Below, one piece after another: positions 38,164 through 48,703 of a stretch of 64,000 nucleotides of DNA. Source of the stretch: a virus; IMG/VR virus record IMGVR_UViG_3300035523_000146; one strand, given 5' to 3'. A model generated the notes under the pieces. It saw only the letters and a program-made list of their open reading frames with translations, did no database searches and was not told the origin of the DNA. A program made the translations under genes and the position numbers. Within the stretch, counting starts at the first letter, position 1. Every line of letters starts with the position of its first letter.

Positions 38164-41100
38164 ATGGCCATCAGCAATCACGACCGCGTCGGCAAGGCGA
38201 TAGAGCTTCTCAAGGGGGGCCTCGGACCCTTCGTTGAGCGCGAGCTTACGAGTACTTACGCCGCTCGTGCCAGCGCCGAAGCGACACGTTTTCTCGGCGA
38301 AGATCGCATCAATGCGAAGAAGCCGATCGCGGAATGGGATGCTGCAGCGCACCTCAAGCTGATGTGGGAAGCATGGAACGATGTCTTTCGTAAGACGCTG
38401 GGGCACACCGAACGCAGCCTGGTCAGCGAACTGCGAGAACACCGCAACAAGTGGGCGCACCAGGAAACCTTCTCCGGAGATGACGCCTATCGCGCGCTGG
38501 ACTCGGCAGGACGACTGCTGGCAGCCATTTCGGCACCCCAGGCCGACGAAATCGAGAAGATGAAGACGGAGCTGTTGCGCCTGCGCTTCGACGAACAGGT
38601 GCGCGGCGAGAAGCGCAAGATCGCCGGCACGGCCATTGAGAGCGCAGTCACGGGCAGCCTCAAGCCATGGCGCGAAGTGATCACACCGCACAAGGACGTG
38701 GCCAGCGGGAACTATCAGCAAGCCGAGTTCGCCGCGGACCTCTGGCAGGTGCATCTCGGCGAGGGGACAGACGAGTACAGGAATCCTGTCGAGTTCTTCC
38801 GCCGTACCTATCTCACCGAGAGTCTGAAGTCGATGTTAGTTGGTGCGGTACGGCGTCTGGCTGGCAAGGGCGGCGACCCGGTCGTGCAGCTTCAAACCAA
38901 CTTCGGCGGCGGCAAAACGCACTCCATGCTGGCGCTGTACCACCTCTTTTCCGGTGCCACGCACACGGAATTGTCGGGCATCGACGCCGTGATGCAGGCA
39001 GCCGAGGCCAAGACGCTGCCAACAGCCCGGCGCGTGGTGCTGGTGGGTAATAAGATCTCGCCCGGCAACCCGGTCGTCAAGGCCGATGGCACAGTCGTGC
39101 GCACCCTATGGGGTGAATTGGCGTGGCAGCTTGGTTTTTCTGCGGGTGGTGTGAAGGAGGCGAAGAAAGCCTTCAGGCGACTCCAGGCGGACGACCAGAA
39201 GGCAACGAGCCCCGGAGACGTCCTGCGCGAGTTGTTTAAGGACTACGGTCCCTGTCTCATCCTGATCGACGAGTGGGTGGCATACGCGCGGCAGCTTCAC
39301 GATCAAGGTGATTTGCCAGCCGGCGGCTTCGAAACGCAGTTCACCTTTGCTCAGGTTTTGACGGAATCGGCCAAGCTGGTGAAGAACTGCCTTCTAGTGA
39401 TTAGTCTCCCGGCATCTGACACGACCGGTTCACCGCATACGCAAGCCGATGATGTTGAGGTGGGGGGCCAACGCGGACGCGAGGCGCTCGACCGGCTCCG
39501 CAACGTCGTGGGGCGCGTGGAGGCATCCTGGCGGCCAGCCAGTGCTGAAGAGGGATTTGAGATCGTGCGCCGTCGGCTATTCGAACCACTTGCTGATCCG
39601 GCGCAGTTCAAGGACCGCGACGTGGTGGCGCGTGCTTTCGCGGACCTGTACCAGACGCAGCACCAGGAGTTCCCACCCGAGTGCCGCGATGCCGACTACG
39701 AGAAGCGCATCAAGGCAGCGTACCCGATCCACCCGGAGATCTTTGACCGGCTCTACACGGACTGGTCCACGCTGGTGAAGTTCCAGCGCACCCGCGGCGT
39801 GCTGCGGTTGATGGCGGCGGTGATCCACAGCCTATGGGAAAAGGGCGACAAGAACCCGCTCATTCTGCCAGCAAACATTTCGATCGACGATCCGCGCGTC
39901 CAATTCGAGATGACGCGGTATCTCTCTGACAATTGGGTGCCGGTGATCGAGAAGGATGTGGATGGCCCAAGCTCCTTGTCGCTAAGGCTCGACGGCGAGG
40001 TGCTCAACCTCGGCAAATTTGCGGCATGTCGCCGCGTGGCGCGTGCGATCTATCTGGGCTCGGCGCCCACGGCAACGGCCGCCCATCGTGGGATTGAGGA
40101 CCGCCGTGTGAAGCTTGGATGTGTGATGCCGGGCGAGTCGCCAGCAGTCTTCGGCGATGCACTGCGCAGGCTGGCCAGTGCGGCAACCTACCTTTATCAA
40201 GATGGCCCGCGCTACTGGTATTCGACGCAGCCCACCGTCACCAAGTTGGCTGAGGACCGCGCCGAACAGCTCAAGCGTGATCCCGACAAGATCGTACACG
40301 AGCTGGAATTGCGCCTGCGGGAGAACTTGGGCAAGACAGGAGACTTCAGTCGCATCCATGCCATGCCGCAATCGGGGCAGGACGTGCCCGACGATTTAGA
40401 TGCGCGGTTGGTCGTGCTCCGGGTTGATCATGCCTATAGCAAAGAGCCGGGCAGCCCCGCCGAGGCTGCGGCTAAGGCGATCCTGGAGTCCCGTGGCAAC
40501 ACACCGCGCCTCTACCGCAATACGCTCGTCTTTCTGGCCGCGGACAAGACCCGGCTGCAGGATCTCGATGAGGCGGCGCGGAAATACCTCGCGTGGGAAT
40601 CAATCCTTGCCGAGAAGGAACAGCTCGATCTCTCGCCCCATCAGGTGAAGCAGGCCGAGACTCAAAAGACTGCCGCTGACGGCACCGTGACGGCGCGGTT
40701 GCCTGAAACTTATCAGTGGCTGTTGGTGCCGGTGCAGGCAACGCCGCAGGCGAAGATTGAGTGGCAGGCGCTCCGGCTATCTGGGCAGGATGCGTTGGCC
40801 GTGCGGGCCAGCAAGAAGCTCAGGACGGACGACCTTCTGGCCCCAACGCTTGCCGGCACGATCCTGCGCATGTGGTTGGATCGCATACCACTTTGGCGCA
40901 ATGACAACGTTGCCGTCAAGCTGCTGGTGGAAGACTTTGGGCGGTATCTCTACCTGCCACGACTGAAAAACTCGTCAGTGTTGCTCGACGCCGTTCGCGA
41001 GGGCGTCGCGCTGCTGACCTGGGAGCATGACGCATTTGCCTACGCAGATAGCTTTGATATCGGCACTGACCGCTATCGTGGCCTGCGCGGTGGGCAGCAA

Positions 41101-41511
41101 GTCGTAGTGGCTGACGCAGACTCGCCAGGACTACTGGTAAAGTCAGCAGTGGCACGCAAGCAGATGGATTCAGACAAAATAGTTTCGCCTCCCCCTCCAC
41201 CCCCGAAGGGCCCTGGCGGGGGCGGTGGACCATCACCCAAGCCGGGCCCGGGTCCTGTTCCACCCGTAGCATCAAAGCCCAAGCGTTTTCACGGAACAGT
41301 CATTTTGGATGCGAACCGCGTTGGCCGCGATGCTAGCCGCATCGCCGACGAGGTGATCGCGCATCTCGCCGGTCTGGTCGGTGCGAAGGTAACCGTAACC
41401 CTCGAAATTGAGGCCGAGATTCCGTCGGGCGCGCCGGAAAACGTCGTGCGGATAGTTACCGAAAACAGTCGGACTTTGAAGTTCACGAGCCAAGGGTTTG
41501 AAAGGGAATGA
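38164..41511 (+). CDS. DUF499 AAA+ ATPase with N-terminal Swt1-like HEPN domain
   Basis: RNKWAH (HEPN RxxxxH), QTNFGGGKTH, LILIDEW, YPIHPE. Confidence 0.93.
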   Translation: MAISNHDRVGKAIELLKGGLGPFVERELTSTYAARASAEATRFLGEDRINAKKPIAEWDAAAHLKLMWEAWNDVFRKTLGHTERSLVSELREHRNKWAHQETFSGDDAYRALDSAGRLLAAISAPQADEIEKMKTELLRLRFDEQVRGEKRKIAGTAIESAVTGSLKPWREVITPHKDVASGNYQQAEFAADLWQVHLGEGTDEYRNPVEFFRRTYLTESLKSMLVGAVRRLAGKGGDPVVQLQTNFGGGKTHSMLALYHLFSGATHTELSGIDAVMQAAEAKTLPTARRVVLVGNKISPGNPVVKADGTVVRTLWGELAWQLGFSAGGVKEAKKAFRRLQADDQKATSPGDVLRELFKDYGPCLILIDEWVAYARQLHDQGDLPAGGFETQFTFAQVLTESAKLVKNCLLVISLPASDTTGSPHTQADDVEVGGQRGREALDRLRNVVGRVEASWRPASAEEGFEIVRRRLFEPLADPAQFKDRDVVARAFADLYQTQHQEFPPECRDADYEKRIKAAYPIHPEIFDRLYTDWSTLVKFQRTRGVLRLMAAVIHSLWEKGDKNPLILPANISIDDPRVQFEMTRYLSDNWVPVIEKDVDGPSSLSLRLDGEVLNLGKFAACRRVARAIYLGSAPTATAAHRGIEDRRVKLGCVMPGESPAVFGDALRRLASAATYLYQDGPRYWYSTQPTVTKLAEDRAEQLKRDPDKIVHELELRLRENLGKTGDFSRIHAMPQSGQDVPDDLDARLVVLRVDHAYSKEPGSPAEAAAKAILESRGNTPRLYRNTLVFLAADKTRLQDLDEAARKYLAWESILAEKEQLDLSPHQVKQAETQKTAADGTVTARLPETYQWLLVPVQATPQAKIEWQALRLSGQDALAVRASKKLRTDDLLAPTLAGTILRMWLDRIPLWRNDNVAVKLLVEDFGRYLYLPRLKNSSVLLDAVREGVALLTWEHDAFAYADSFDIGTDRYRGLRGGQQVVVADADSPGLLVKSAVARKQMDSDKIVSPPPPPPKGPGGGGGPSPKPGPGPVPPVASKPKRFHGTVILDANRVGRDASRIADEVIAHLAGLVGAKVTVTLEIEAEIPSGAPENVVRIVTENSRTLKFTSQGFERE

Positions 41512-41820
41512 CGATCTGCAGACGGTGCTGGAAAAGTGTCAATCGATATCACTTCGCGCCAAACCCTTCGTCGCATCCAACACTCAACCTTGCGGCTGCG
41601 CTTGTTTTTCGACAGCTTCATCAGGGTCAATAAGATCCTGGTGTCATGCTCAGAGCGACGAGCACGGGTTGCGAGTGCTACGCCAATTTCTGGAGGCAGA
41701 CACATCCGCCGCGCTTACCATGCGCTCGACGCAACACGTAGCTGGCATGTGTTTGGTGTATGTGCTTGCGAGTGCTTGTGTAATTGCTGAATCTCCGCGG
41801 GCAAGGGTGATGGAGAGCGT

Positions 41821-44800
41821 ATGGCAGCGGAAGCGGGTGGACCAAGCATGGCGGGTGGCGTATCGTATCAAGCGCTCGCGATTGCGCGTGCCCTGCTCGA
41901 TGTCTTCGTGGGACGCGCAGAGTGGGTGCGGGTCGAGGCGCCGGAGCAGTCCGACTTCGGTCGTTCTGATCTCGTCCAGGTCGCCGTTGACGATTTCGTC
42001 GTATGCCGCAAGAGCTCTCTGGAGTTTTACCAAGCGAAGTCGAGTGCACCAGGCGGCGGCGTATGGACTGTTAAGAAACTTGCTCGCGAAGGAATCCTCG
42101 AGGACTTCAGAACACAGACTACGGGCACGTCCCGGGCGACGTGCATCCTCGTCACTCCCAGTCCCTGCCCCCTGTTTGGCACTGTGGCGGAAAGGGTGAG
42201 GAGCAGCACTACGTTCAGTGAGTTCACGGGTAATCTGGGAAAGGCGCACGCAGAACAGTTTCGCCAGATGTACACCCAACTCAAGACAGACAAGAAGTCC
42301 TGCCATCGTCTACTTCATCGTTGGCACCTCGATGCGGTCTCAGATCGCTCACTGGCGGAATTGATCCGCCAAGTCGTTGAAGGTCGCTTTGCCCACCCGT
42401 CAGCAGCGTTCGAGTGTCTGGTGTCGTTCGCAGTAAGGGCGATGCAGTCACGTGCGAAGCTGGACGCCGAAGCCATACGACGGTTCTTCGACAGCATGGG
42501 CGTATTCGACGCGCCGAAGGCGAATATCGAGTCACTCCTCGGTTCAGTACGGACGGCGTGCGCCGCCTTGAGAATAGCGAAGAAGAGTATCAATGGCGTG
42601 GCTATCCAGCGCGAAGTCGTGGTGAAGCTTGCCGAGTGGGTGCTTGCCCCGGAAGGCCGAGTAGCTGTCTTGCTTGACCGCGCGGGCACCGGTAAGACTG
42701 CCGCACTTGCGAGCCTGATGGAAACGCTTGACGCAAAGGATTGTGTCGTTATCGGCGTGAAGGCGGACGCGCTGGCTTCGTTTGCTTCTGCAGCCGAACT
42801 CCAAGACGGACTTGGCCTATCAGACTCTATACCATCCATCGCATCTACGCTTTCGGTACAGGGCCGAAAAGTGGTTGTCATGCTGGACCAAGTGGACGCT
42901 CTGTCTGCGGCGATGGCACACGATTCCGCCGGTATTAAGGTTCTGCTGGGGGTCGTGCAGCAACTTCAGACGCTTCCAGGCGTCAAAACGATCCTTTCGT
43001 GCCGTGAGTTCGATTGGCGCTATGATGACAGACTTCGGTCCTTTCGAGACAGCCAAGCGACTGTGTTCACAGTGGGCCTGTTCAGCCGCACCGATGTGGA
43101 ACGGATTCTGCAAACCGAGTCATTGACCCTGACAAACCTCCATCCCGCGATGGATGCACTCCTTCAAACCCCCATTTACCTCGATGCGTTTGTGGAGATG
43201 ATCCACCGCGAGCGAAGCCAGAGCGTTGAGTGGACACCCGCGCGGGCGCAAGTCTACACATTGCAGCAACTCTACGAGCGACGTTGGTCTGCGACCCTCC
43301 GCAGGGCGCGGGACAGCGCGACTGATGTTGCCGCGTGCGACCGCGCCGTTGGGCAACTTGTAGACCAGATGTCGGCGCGACAAGAATTGTCGATACCAGA
43401 TGCAACCGTCAATGCGACCGACCTTGCGGCAGTCGAATGGCTCTCCAGTGAAGGCATATTGGCGCGAGCACAGCGCTGCATCCGGTTCTTTCACCAAACA
43501 TTCTTTGATTTCATGGCCGCCCGGAGGTTCGTCGGACGCGGCACACTGTTAACAGATTATCTGTTGAAAACCGAGCAGAGCCTGTTCTATCGGCCGCTCG
43601 TGCGGCAAGTATTGGAACACGTTCGTGAGACGGACCGCGGAGCGTATTTTCGCGAGTTGCCACGGCTCTTGGCCGAACCGCGGATTAGGAAACATATCAA
43701 GGCAATGGTGCTGACCTGGCTTGGGCAGTTGGCTAACCCAAGCGCAGAGGAATTGAGCGTATTCGAACTACTGCTGAGTGACGGTGCGGGACGCATACGC
43801 GCTCTTGGCTATATGAAAGCAAATGCAGCTTGGTTTGACCTCCTCAGCCCAGCACGCTTCGAGCGCTGGCTGGCCACCTTGCCAGATCACGAGATTCACA
43901 CGGCCATCTGGTTCCTTCGCGAGACCATAGGAACTCGCCAGAAGGAAATCGAGCATCTGCTACGACCATACTTGGGGCGCAGTCCTGAATGGAATGGACG
44001 CGTTGGGCTCTGTCTCTCGGGCATCAAAGATAACTGGCAAGATATCTCGGTGCGCCTCTTGCGGGACGTTCTTGCCGACGAGGCATCACAGCCGGAATGG
44101 CACTGGCAGCATTATGCGCTCGAAGACCTCGCCAAGTTCAGGCCCGCGGAGGCTGCGGCCACGATAGGGGTATTCCTGAAGCGATACGTACCCGAATGGT
44201 TGGCGTTCCGGTCCAATGCAGCGGATGAGAAGTCCCAAGGTGCTCAAAGCCGAACGGCACAAGGATTCCTGTACGATGTGCACGGACTTTGGGAAGCCGT
44301 TAAGCACGTGGTAGAGTGTGCTCCTGGAGAGTTCCTCGAGGCCGTCCTGCAGCCTATCCTGCTGGCCATGGAGGCTACGTGCGAGCGGCGCTCGGGCGGC
44401 TACAGGCACGACCACGCACTTTGGCTCCACGAGAAGGAAGAACATGTCCACGACGGGTGGGTGCGGCTCCTGTGGGCTTTTGCCAATGCAGCCAAAGTAC
44501 TGGCAAAGGACGATCCAACCCGACTTCGGCGCCTCACAACGCAGATGCTCAATAATGAGTTCGAGCCAATGCAGCAAGTGGTGGCGCTGACATACGCATC
44601 CCAGGGAGAGACATTCGCACCAGACGCGGCCGCGTTTCTGCTTAGGGACCTTCGGCGCTTCAAGCTTGGCATGCTGAGCGACGCCGTCTTGCGGAGCGCA
44701 ACATTGATCCAAGCCTGCTCGCACTCCTGGCCCCCGGAGCTGTTTGCTAAGGTAGAATCTGCGATATGTAGTATGAAGCCAAGGCATCCGAAGAGCACCA

Positions 44801-46344
44801 AAGAGATCGCGTGGCATCAGGAGGAAGTGCTGGAGCTACTCTCCGCACTCGATGCGCCCAAGCTAAGCGAAAATGGTAAAAACCTCCTTGGTCAATTGCA
44901 TCGCAAGTTCCCTGAGACCGCGCCGCGTTCTCGGGTGTCAATTGACGCCGGCTTTGTCGGTCCCCCGATTTCACCAGAGGGCATCAAACGGATGGGAGAC
45001 CAGGCGTGGCTGGGCGCGATGCGAAAGTACACAGGCGATTGGCAGCCCCGCACTGGAAAACCGATAGGCTTGAGCGGTGGGAGAAGTGAGCTCGCTCAGG
45101 CGCTGCAACAGCGCGCGAAAGAGGACCCAGAGCGCTTCTTCAACCTCGCCAACGAGAAGATGGACTCATCATTTCATGTTGACTACGTAGCAGCGATCAT
45201 CACGGGGCTGTCGGAGGCCGGCGCGCCAATCGAGCATATCGAGAAGTTGATCGACCGCTTTGCCAGCGCGATTGACAGGGAATGCGTCCGCGAGGTGTCC
45301 TCGGCGATCGGCAAGTATGCAGAGAAGCCCGTTCCCAATAGCCTTGCGAAACTGCTCGAGAACTGGGCGCTAACAGCCTCCGCCGACAAGGGCTGCAATT
45401 CCCAAGATCTTGTCACCGATGGACTCAACACAGAACGAGGCGGTGCATTATGGAACCTTGGCGCGATTCTGCTGAAAGCCGAGCCGCCGCAACGCGCGGC
45501 ATACCTGGACGTGGCCGAGAAGGTAATTCCTGATGCATCATTAGGGGTCCGTGCCGTGTGCATTCAGTTCCTCACGTACGCAATTCCGGCTGACCCACTG
45601 CGAGCGTGTGAAATCTTCCGCCGGATGGTGCGGTCTGAACGTGAGCTTCTCAGGAGCGGGGCCTGCGCCGACTTCGTTTACCGGACAACGCACAAGCATA
45701 GCAGTGAAACAGCCTGGGCGGTGAAAGCCATGCTTGCCGATGCTGAGGACGAGAAGGCGCGGGAGGCGGGCGGGCGGTTAGCGTGCTTGGCTGCGTTCGA
45801 AAACCCTGAGATGGTTGGCCTGCGAGACATGTGTCTTTCCGGCGACGCGGCAATGAGAAAGGGGGCCGCAACCGTCTACGCGCACAACATCAACAGCGCG
45901 AAGGTTGGTGCCGAGTGCCGTTCCCGACTGAAGTCGCTATGGAATGACGCTGAGGCCCCCGTGCGCGCTGCGGCATCCGAATTCTTGAACCGACTTACGG
46001 CGGAGAATCTGCGCTCGTCATCCACGTTACTCCTGGACTGGACCGCGACGCCAGCATTCGACGAAAAGGAACTGGAGAACGCATCGAGAATACTGTCCGA
46101 CAATGCACTGGCTAATGCGCAGCTCACGCTTGAAATGGCAGACCGCATCACCAAGCGGGCGAGTTCGGATGCGGCGAGTTACCAGGGGGGGATGCTGTCC
46201 TTTTATCTCGTCCCTGCTATTGTCGCAGTGTACCATGATGTGCCCGAGTTGCGCGGGCGTGCAATGGATCTACTAGAGCAGATGGAGGAGTGGGGATGCA
46301 GCGAGGTCGCTGCAGCATACACCGCCGCCGATAGGGTGAACTGA
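41821..46344 (+). CDS. Avs/AVAST-like STAND NTPase with N-terminal Cap4/Mrr-like nuclease and C-terminal helical repeats
   Basis: GGVSYQ...VDD...YQAKS nuclease motif; RAGTGKT, VVMLDQVD, SCREFD, FFHQTFFDF; long helical C-terminus. Confidence 0.82.
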   Translation: MAAEAGGPSMAGGVSYQALAIARALLDVFVGRAEWVRVEAPEQSDFGRSDLVQVAVDDFVVCRKSSLEFYQAKSSAPGGGVWTVKKLAREGILEDFRTQTTGTSRATCILVTPSPCPLFGTVAERVRSSTTFSEFTGNLGKAHAEQFRQMYTQLKTDKKSCHRLLHRWHLDAVSDRSLAELIRQVVEGRFAHPSAAFECLVSFAVRAMQSRAKLDAEAIRRFFDSMGVFDAPKANIESLLGSVRTACAALRIAKKSINGVAIQREVVVKLAEWVLAPEGRVAVLLDRAGTGKTAALASLMETLDAKDCVVIGVKADALASFASAAELQDGLGLSDSIPSIASTLSVQGRKVVVMLDQVDALSAAMAHDSAGIKVLLGVVQQLQTLPGVKTILSCREFDWRYDDRLRSFRDSQATVFTVGLFSRTDVERILQTESLTLTNLHPAMDALLQTPIYLDAFVEMIHRERSQSVEWTPARAQVYTLQQLYERRWSATLRRARDSATDVAACDRAVGQLVDQMSARQELSIPDATVNATDLAAVEWLSSEGILARAQRCIRFFHQTFFDFMAARRFVGRGTLLTDYLLKTEQSLFYRPLVRQVLEHVRETDRGAYFRELPRLLAEPRIRKHIKAMVLTWLGQLANPSAEELSVFELLLSDGAGRIRALGYMKANAAWFDLLSPARFERWLATLPDHEIHTAIWFLRETIGTRQKEIEHLLRPYLGRSPEWNGRVGLCLSGIKDNWQDISVRLLRDVLADEASQPEWHWQHYALEDLAKFRPAEAAATIGVFLKRYVPEWLAFRSNAADEKSQGAQSRTAQGFLYDVHGLWEAVKHVVECAPGEFLEAVLQPILLAMEATCERRSGGYRHDHALWLHEKEEHVHDGWVRLLWAFANAAKVLAKDDPTRLRRLTTQMLNNEFEPMQQVVALTYASQGETFAPDAAAFLLRDLRRFKLGMLSDAVLRSATLIQACSHSWPPELFAKVESAICSMKPRHPKSTKEIAWHQEEVLELLSALDAPKLSENGKNLLGQLHRKFPETAPRSRVSIDAGFVGPPISPEGIKRMGDQAWLGAMRKYTGDWQPRTGKPIGLSGGRSELAQALQQRAKEDPERFFNLANEKMDSSFHVDYVAAIITGLSEAGAPIEHIEKLIDRFASAIDRECVREVSSAIGKYAEKPVPNSLAKLLENWALTASADKGCNSQDLVTDGLNTERGGALWNLGAILLKAEPPQRAAYLDVAEKVIPDASLGVRAVCIQFLTYAIPADPLRACEIFRRMVRSERELLRSGACADFVYRTTHKHSSETAWAVKAMLADAEDEKAREAGGRLACLAAFENPEMVGLRDMCLSGDAAMRKGAATVYAHNINSAKVGAECRSRLKSLWNDAEAPVRAAASEFLNRLTAENLRSSSTLLLDWTATPAFDEKELENASRILSDNALANAQLTLEMADRITKRASSDAASYQGGMLSFYLVPAIVAVYHDVPELRGRAMDLLEQMEEWGCSEVAAAYTAADRVN

Positions 46345-46724
46345 ATCGCGGTTTCCGTCCATTGAGCCACACCTTTCGCCCATGCTTCACAGCCGTTTGT
46401 TCCAACGCGGTCCGGAAGGTCTCGTCGGCAAGGGCGTGATACCAGAAACCAGCCGGCAGGCATTGTCCCGTGCATGCCTCTCACCGGTTGCGAAAGTGTC
46501 AACATCTGTCAGTCCGTCCACCGTATAGCAGCCGTCCACTGCAGTCCAGCCCCGCCGCGCCGAGTGGTCACCACTCCTGTGCATGAACCATCGCGGACCG
46601 TCTCACCTCATGCGCCCGTGCCCGCGCGGGGGGGCCAGGGCGTGCGTCACACAGGCGTAGAGGTTGCCTCGGCACGACGCCGACGGCAGCACAGCGCCGC
46701 TCAGAGCGCCACGGAGAACAGAAC

Positions 46725-47072
46725 ATGAGTAACACAGCAGTCGCTACCCCCAAGTCCCAGGTCGAGAACGAAGCCGCTCTGGTAATCCAGAAGCTGCTGG
46801 CCGAGAACGCTGCCCTGAAAGCCCAGGTTGCCGCCTCGAAGCCCAAGCTCCCGGTGATCACGCTCCAGGATGCCACGGCTGCGGCACTGAAGCTCGGTGC
46901 CAAGCTCCAGCCGGCGAAGCACAAGGCTGCCGACGGCAGCGAACTGCCGGGATTCAAGTCCGGTTCCCGCGGCTTCCAGGCTTGGGGCAAAGTCCAGATC
47001 GGCGAAGCCCGGTACCAGGTGCAAATCCAGGCCGTCGAGATCGGCAGCAAGCCCGGCGAAGCCGCCGAGTAG
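46725..47072 (+). CDS. Hypothetical mobile-element early protein
   Basis: GGAG RBS, strong codon bias, followed by a terminator. Confidence 0.7.
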   Translation: MSNTAVATPKSQVENEAALVIQKLLAENAALKAQVAASKPKLPVITLQDATAAALKLGAKLQPAKHKAADGSELPGFKSGSRGFQAWGKVQIGEARYQVQIQAVEIGSKPGEAAE

Positions 47073-47081
47073 CTACCCGCA

Positions 47082-47112
47082 AGCCCGGGGCATTGTGCTC
47101 CGGGCTTTTTTT
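47082..47112 (+). terminator. Rho-independent terminator
   Basis: AGCCCGGGGCA-TTG-TGCTCCGGGCT stem followed by a T run. Confidence 0.85.
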
Positions 47113-47136
47113 CTGGCATGAGCCTGGAGATTAACC

Positions 47137-47259
47137 ATGTACCGCGTGATCTGTGAAGCATCTGGTGAAGTCCTGAGCTTGGCATTCTCGCTGGAAGCCG
47201 CTGCCGCCGTTGCCTTGGCCCTGTGTCGCAAGGGCATTGTGGCGCGCGTAGCAATCTAA
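47137..47259 (+). CDS. Small hypothetical protein (40 aa)
   Basis: GGAG RBS; MYRVICEASGEVLSLAFSLEAA... read manually. Confidence 0.5.
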   Translation: MYRVICEASGEVLSLAFSLEAAAAVALALCRKGIVARVAI

Positions 47260-47956
47260 TCGCAGAGAGCACCGGGGAAGCCCGGTGTAATGCGGCAGTC
47301 CGGTCTCAAGCCCGGACAAGTACAGCACACCGCTACCAACCCGACCGCAGCATGGAGCTGCTGACTGCCAGGAAAGGCCACGGCCCGCAAGGCTGCTCGG
47401 CACCGCGAACTGGCACGCTCTCGCACCAGACAAGTACATACCGTGCCGTGCCGCCGTGGACTGACAACCCGCTGCGGCCCGGTGCCCGTCATAGTCCGCG
47501 ACGAGGTATCCGGTGTGCCCGGATAGCGGCAGGCTGGCCGTGTGCTGGCCGGAGCACCTGATCGTCCGTTGCGTGGTCAGGTGGGCGGAAGTGACCGTCC
47601 GGTGTCAAGCTCTCATGCAATCCGCAAACGCTGCGATTGCGAACCCGCTGCTTGTCGAGCGGAAGCTGCCCGTCCGGTGTCGTCCTCCCGTGCGGCCACT
47701 CAGCGCCCCAGAGACTTCCCGCAAGCTGCTGCGCACAGACTCCCGGTCCAGAGCACTCCCGGCTGGAACGGCAAGCCGAGCAGACTTGACGCCACACCCC
47801 AAGCGTGTTCGCCCCGCGATCCGGCCCGCTGCCGGTCTCGCCGCAGGAATGCCCGGAGCGGATTGCGTCCTAATGCGGCCATGCCAGCGCCCGCTGTCGT
47901 GCCAGTGGTCAGCCTGGAACCCAACGCAGAACCGGACACCGAACACGGAGAACACC

Positions 47957-48094
47957 ATGCCTACCGTTGCCGAAGTCCTCGAACTCTTGGAGCGCATCGT
48001 CCGCAGCAAGGGCGTGCACACCAAGGAATACGTGCAGACCATGCGGCTCTTCGAACAGGCCGTCGCCCGCGAAATGGCGGTGGCCTATGCCTAG
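47957..48094 (+). CDS. Small hypothetical protein (45 aa)
   Basis: CACGGAGAACA RBS identical to that of the 46725 gene; coupled to the next ORF. Confidence 0.55.
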   Translation: MPTVAEVLELLERIVRSKGVHTKEYVQTMRLFEQAVAREMAVAYA

Positions 48095-48275
48095 CACGGG
48101 CGACAAGTACGACTACTTCGGGGAAACGTGGGAAGTGCTCAGCATTTCCAAGGACAAACGCTATGCGCGGATGGTCTGCAACGACAGCCGCGACGCCTTT
48201 GGGCGCGTCTATCCCCGATACGCCACGATGCACGTTTCGGCCTTCAACGTGATGCGAAAGCTGGTGCCCGCATGA
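48087..48275 (+). CDS. Small hypothetical protein (62 aa)
   Basis: MPSTGDKYDYFGETWEVLS...; overlaps both neighbours. Confidence 0.55.
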   Translation: MPSTGDKYDYFGETWEVLSISKDKRYARMVCNDSRDAFGRVYPRYATMHVSAFNVMRKLVPA

Positions 48276-48625
48276 CCCGCCGCCGCCAGCGCCACAAGGC
48301 CAGAGCCGCCCCCGGCAAGCTCGCCCGCTGCCTGCGCCACATTCTGAACGTCTTCCGCTCCCAAGTCCCGGCATCGCGCCGGGGCTTTTCGTTGGTGCAC
48401 TGCCGCGAGGACTAAACCATGCCGCCGTCACTCGCTAACGCCACGCGAAGTACAAAAGCGCAAGCCGACTCCGGCACTACTGCCGAAGGGAATGAACGCC
48501 AAGAGCTTGCGCCGGATCTTTGGAAGCCTGCTTCTTCGGGCTGGAAAGTCGTATGCAGAGATTGCGGCGGCGATGGGCAACACGGCGGCCGTGGTGGAAC
48601 AGCATTACGGCAAGCTGAGGGGTGA
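48272..48625 (+). other. Two further short coupled ORFs (48272-48415, 48419-48625)
   Basis: ATGA overlap and GAGG RBS; the second has a CxxCxGxG motif. Confidence 0.35.
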
Positions 48626-48703
48626 TGAAGTGAAGGTGAATTTCTGCCCAGCCGTTTCTTGAGCCACTTGCGCTGTTCGACGCGCTGGTCGTAGACACTG
48701 GTT

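Noticed and set aside
34868-38754. Long minus-strand ORFs (34868-35875, 37202-38017, 37801-38754)
   Set aside because: Antisense to well-supported methylase and DUF499 genes; expected in GC-rich DNA.
46345-46600. Possible minus-strand gene remnant after the Avs-like gene
   Set aside because: The short protein-like stretch (EQTAVKHGRKVWLN) has no identifiable family or start.
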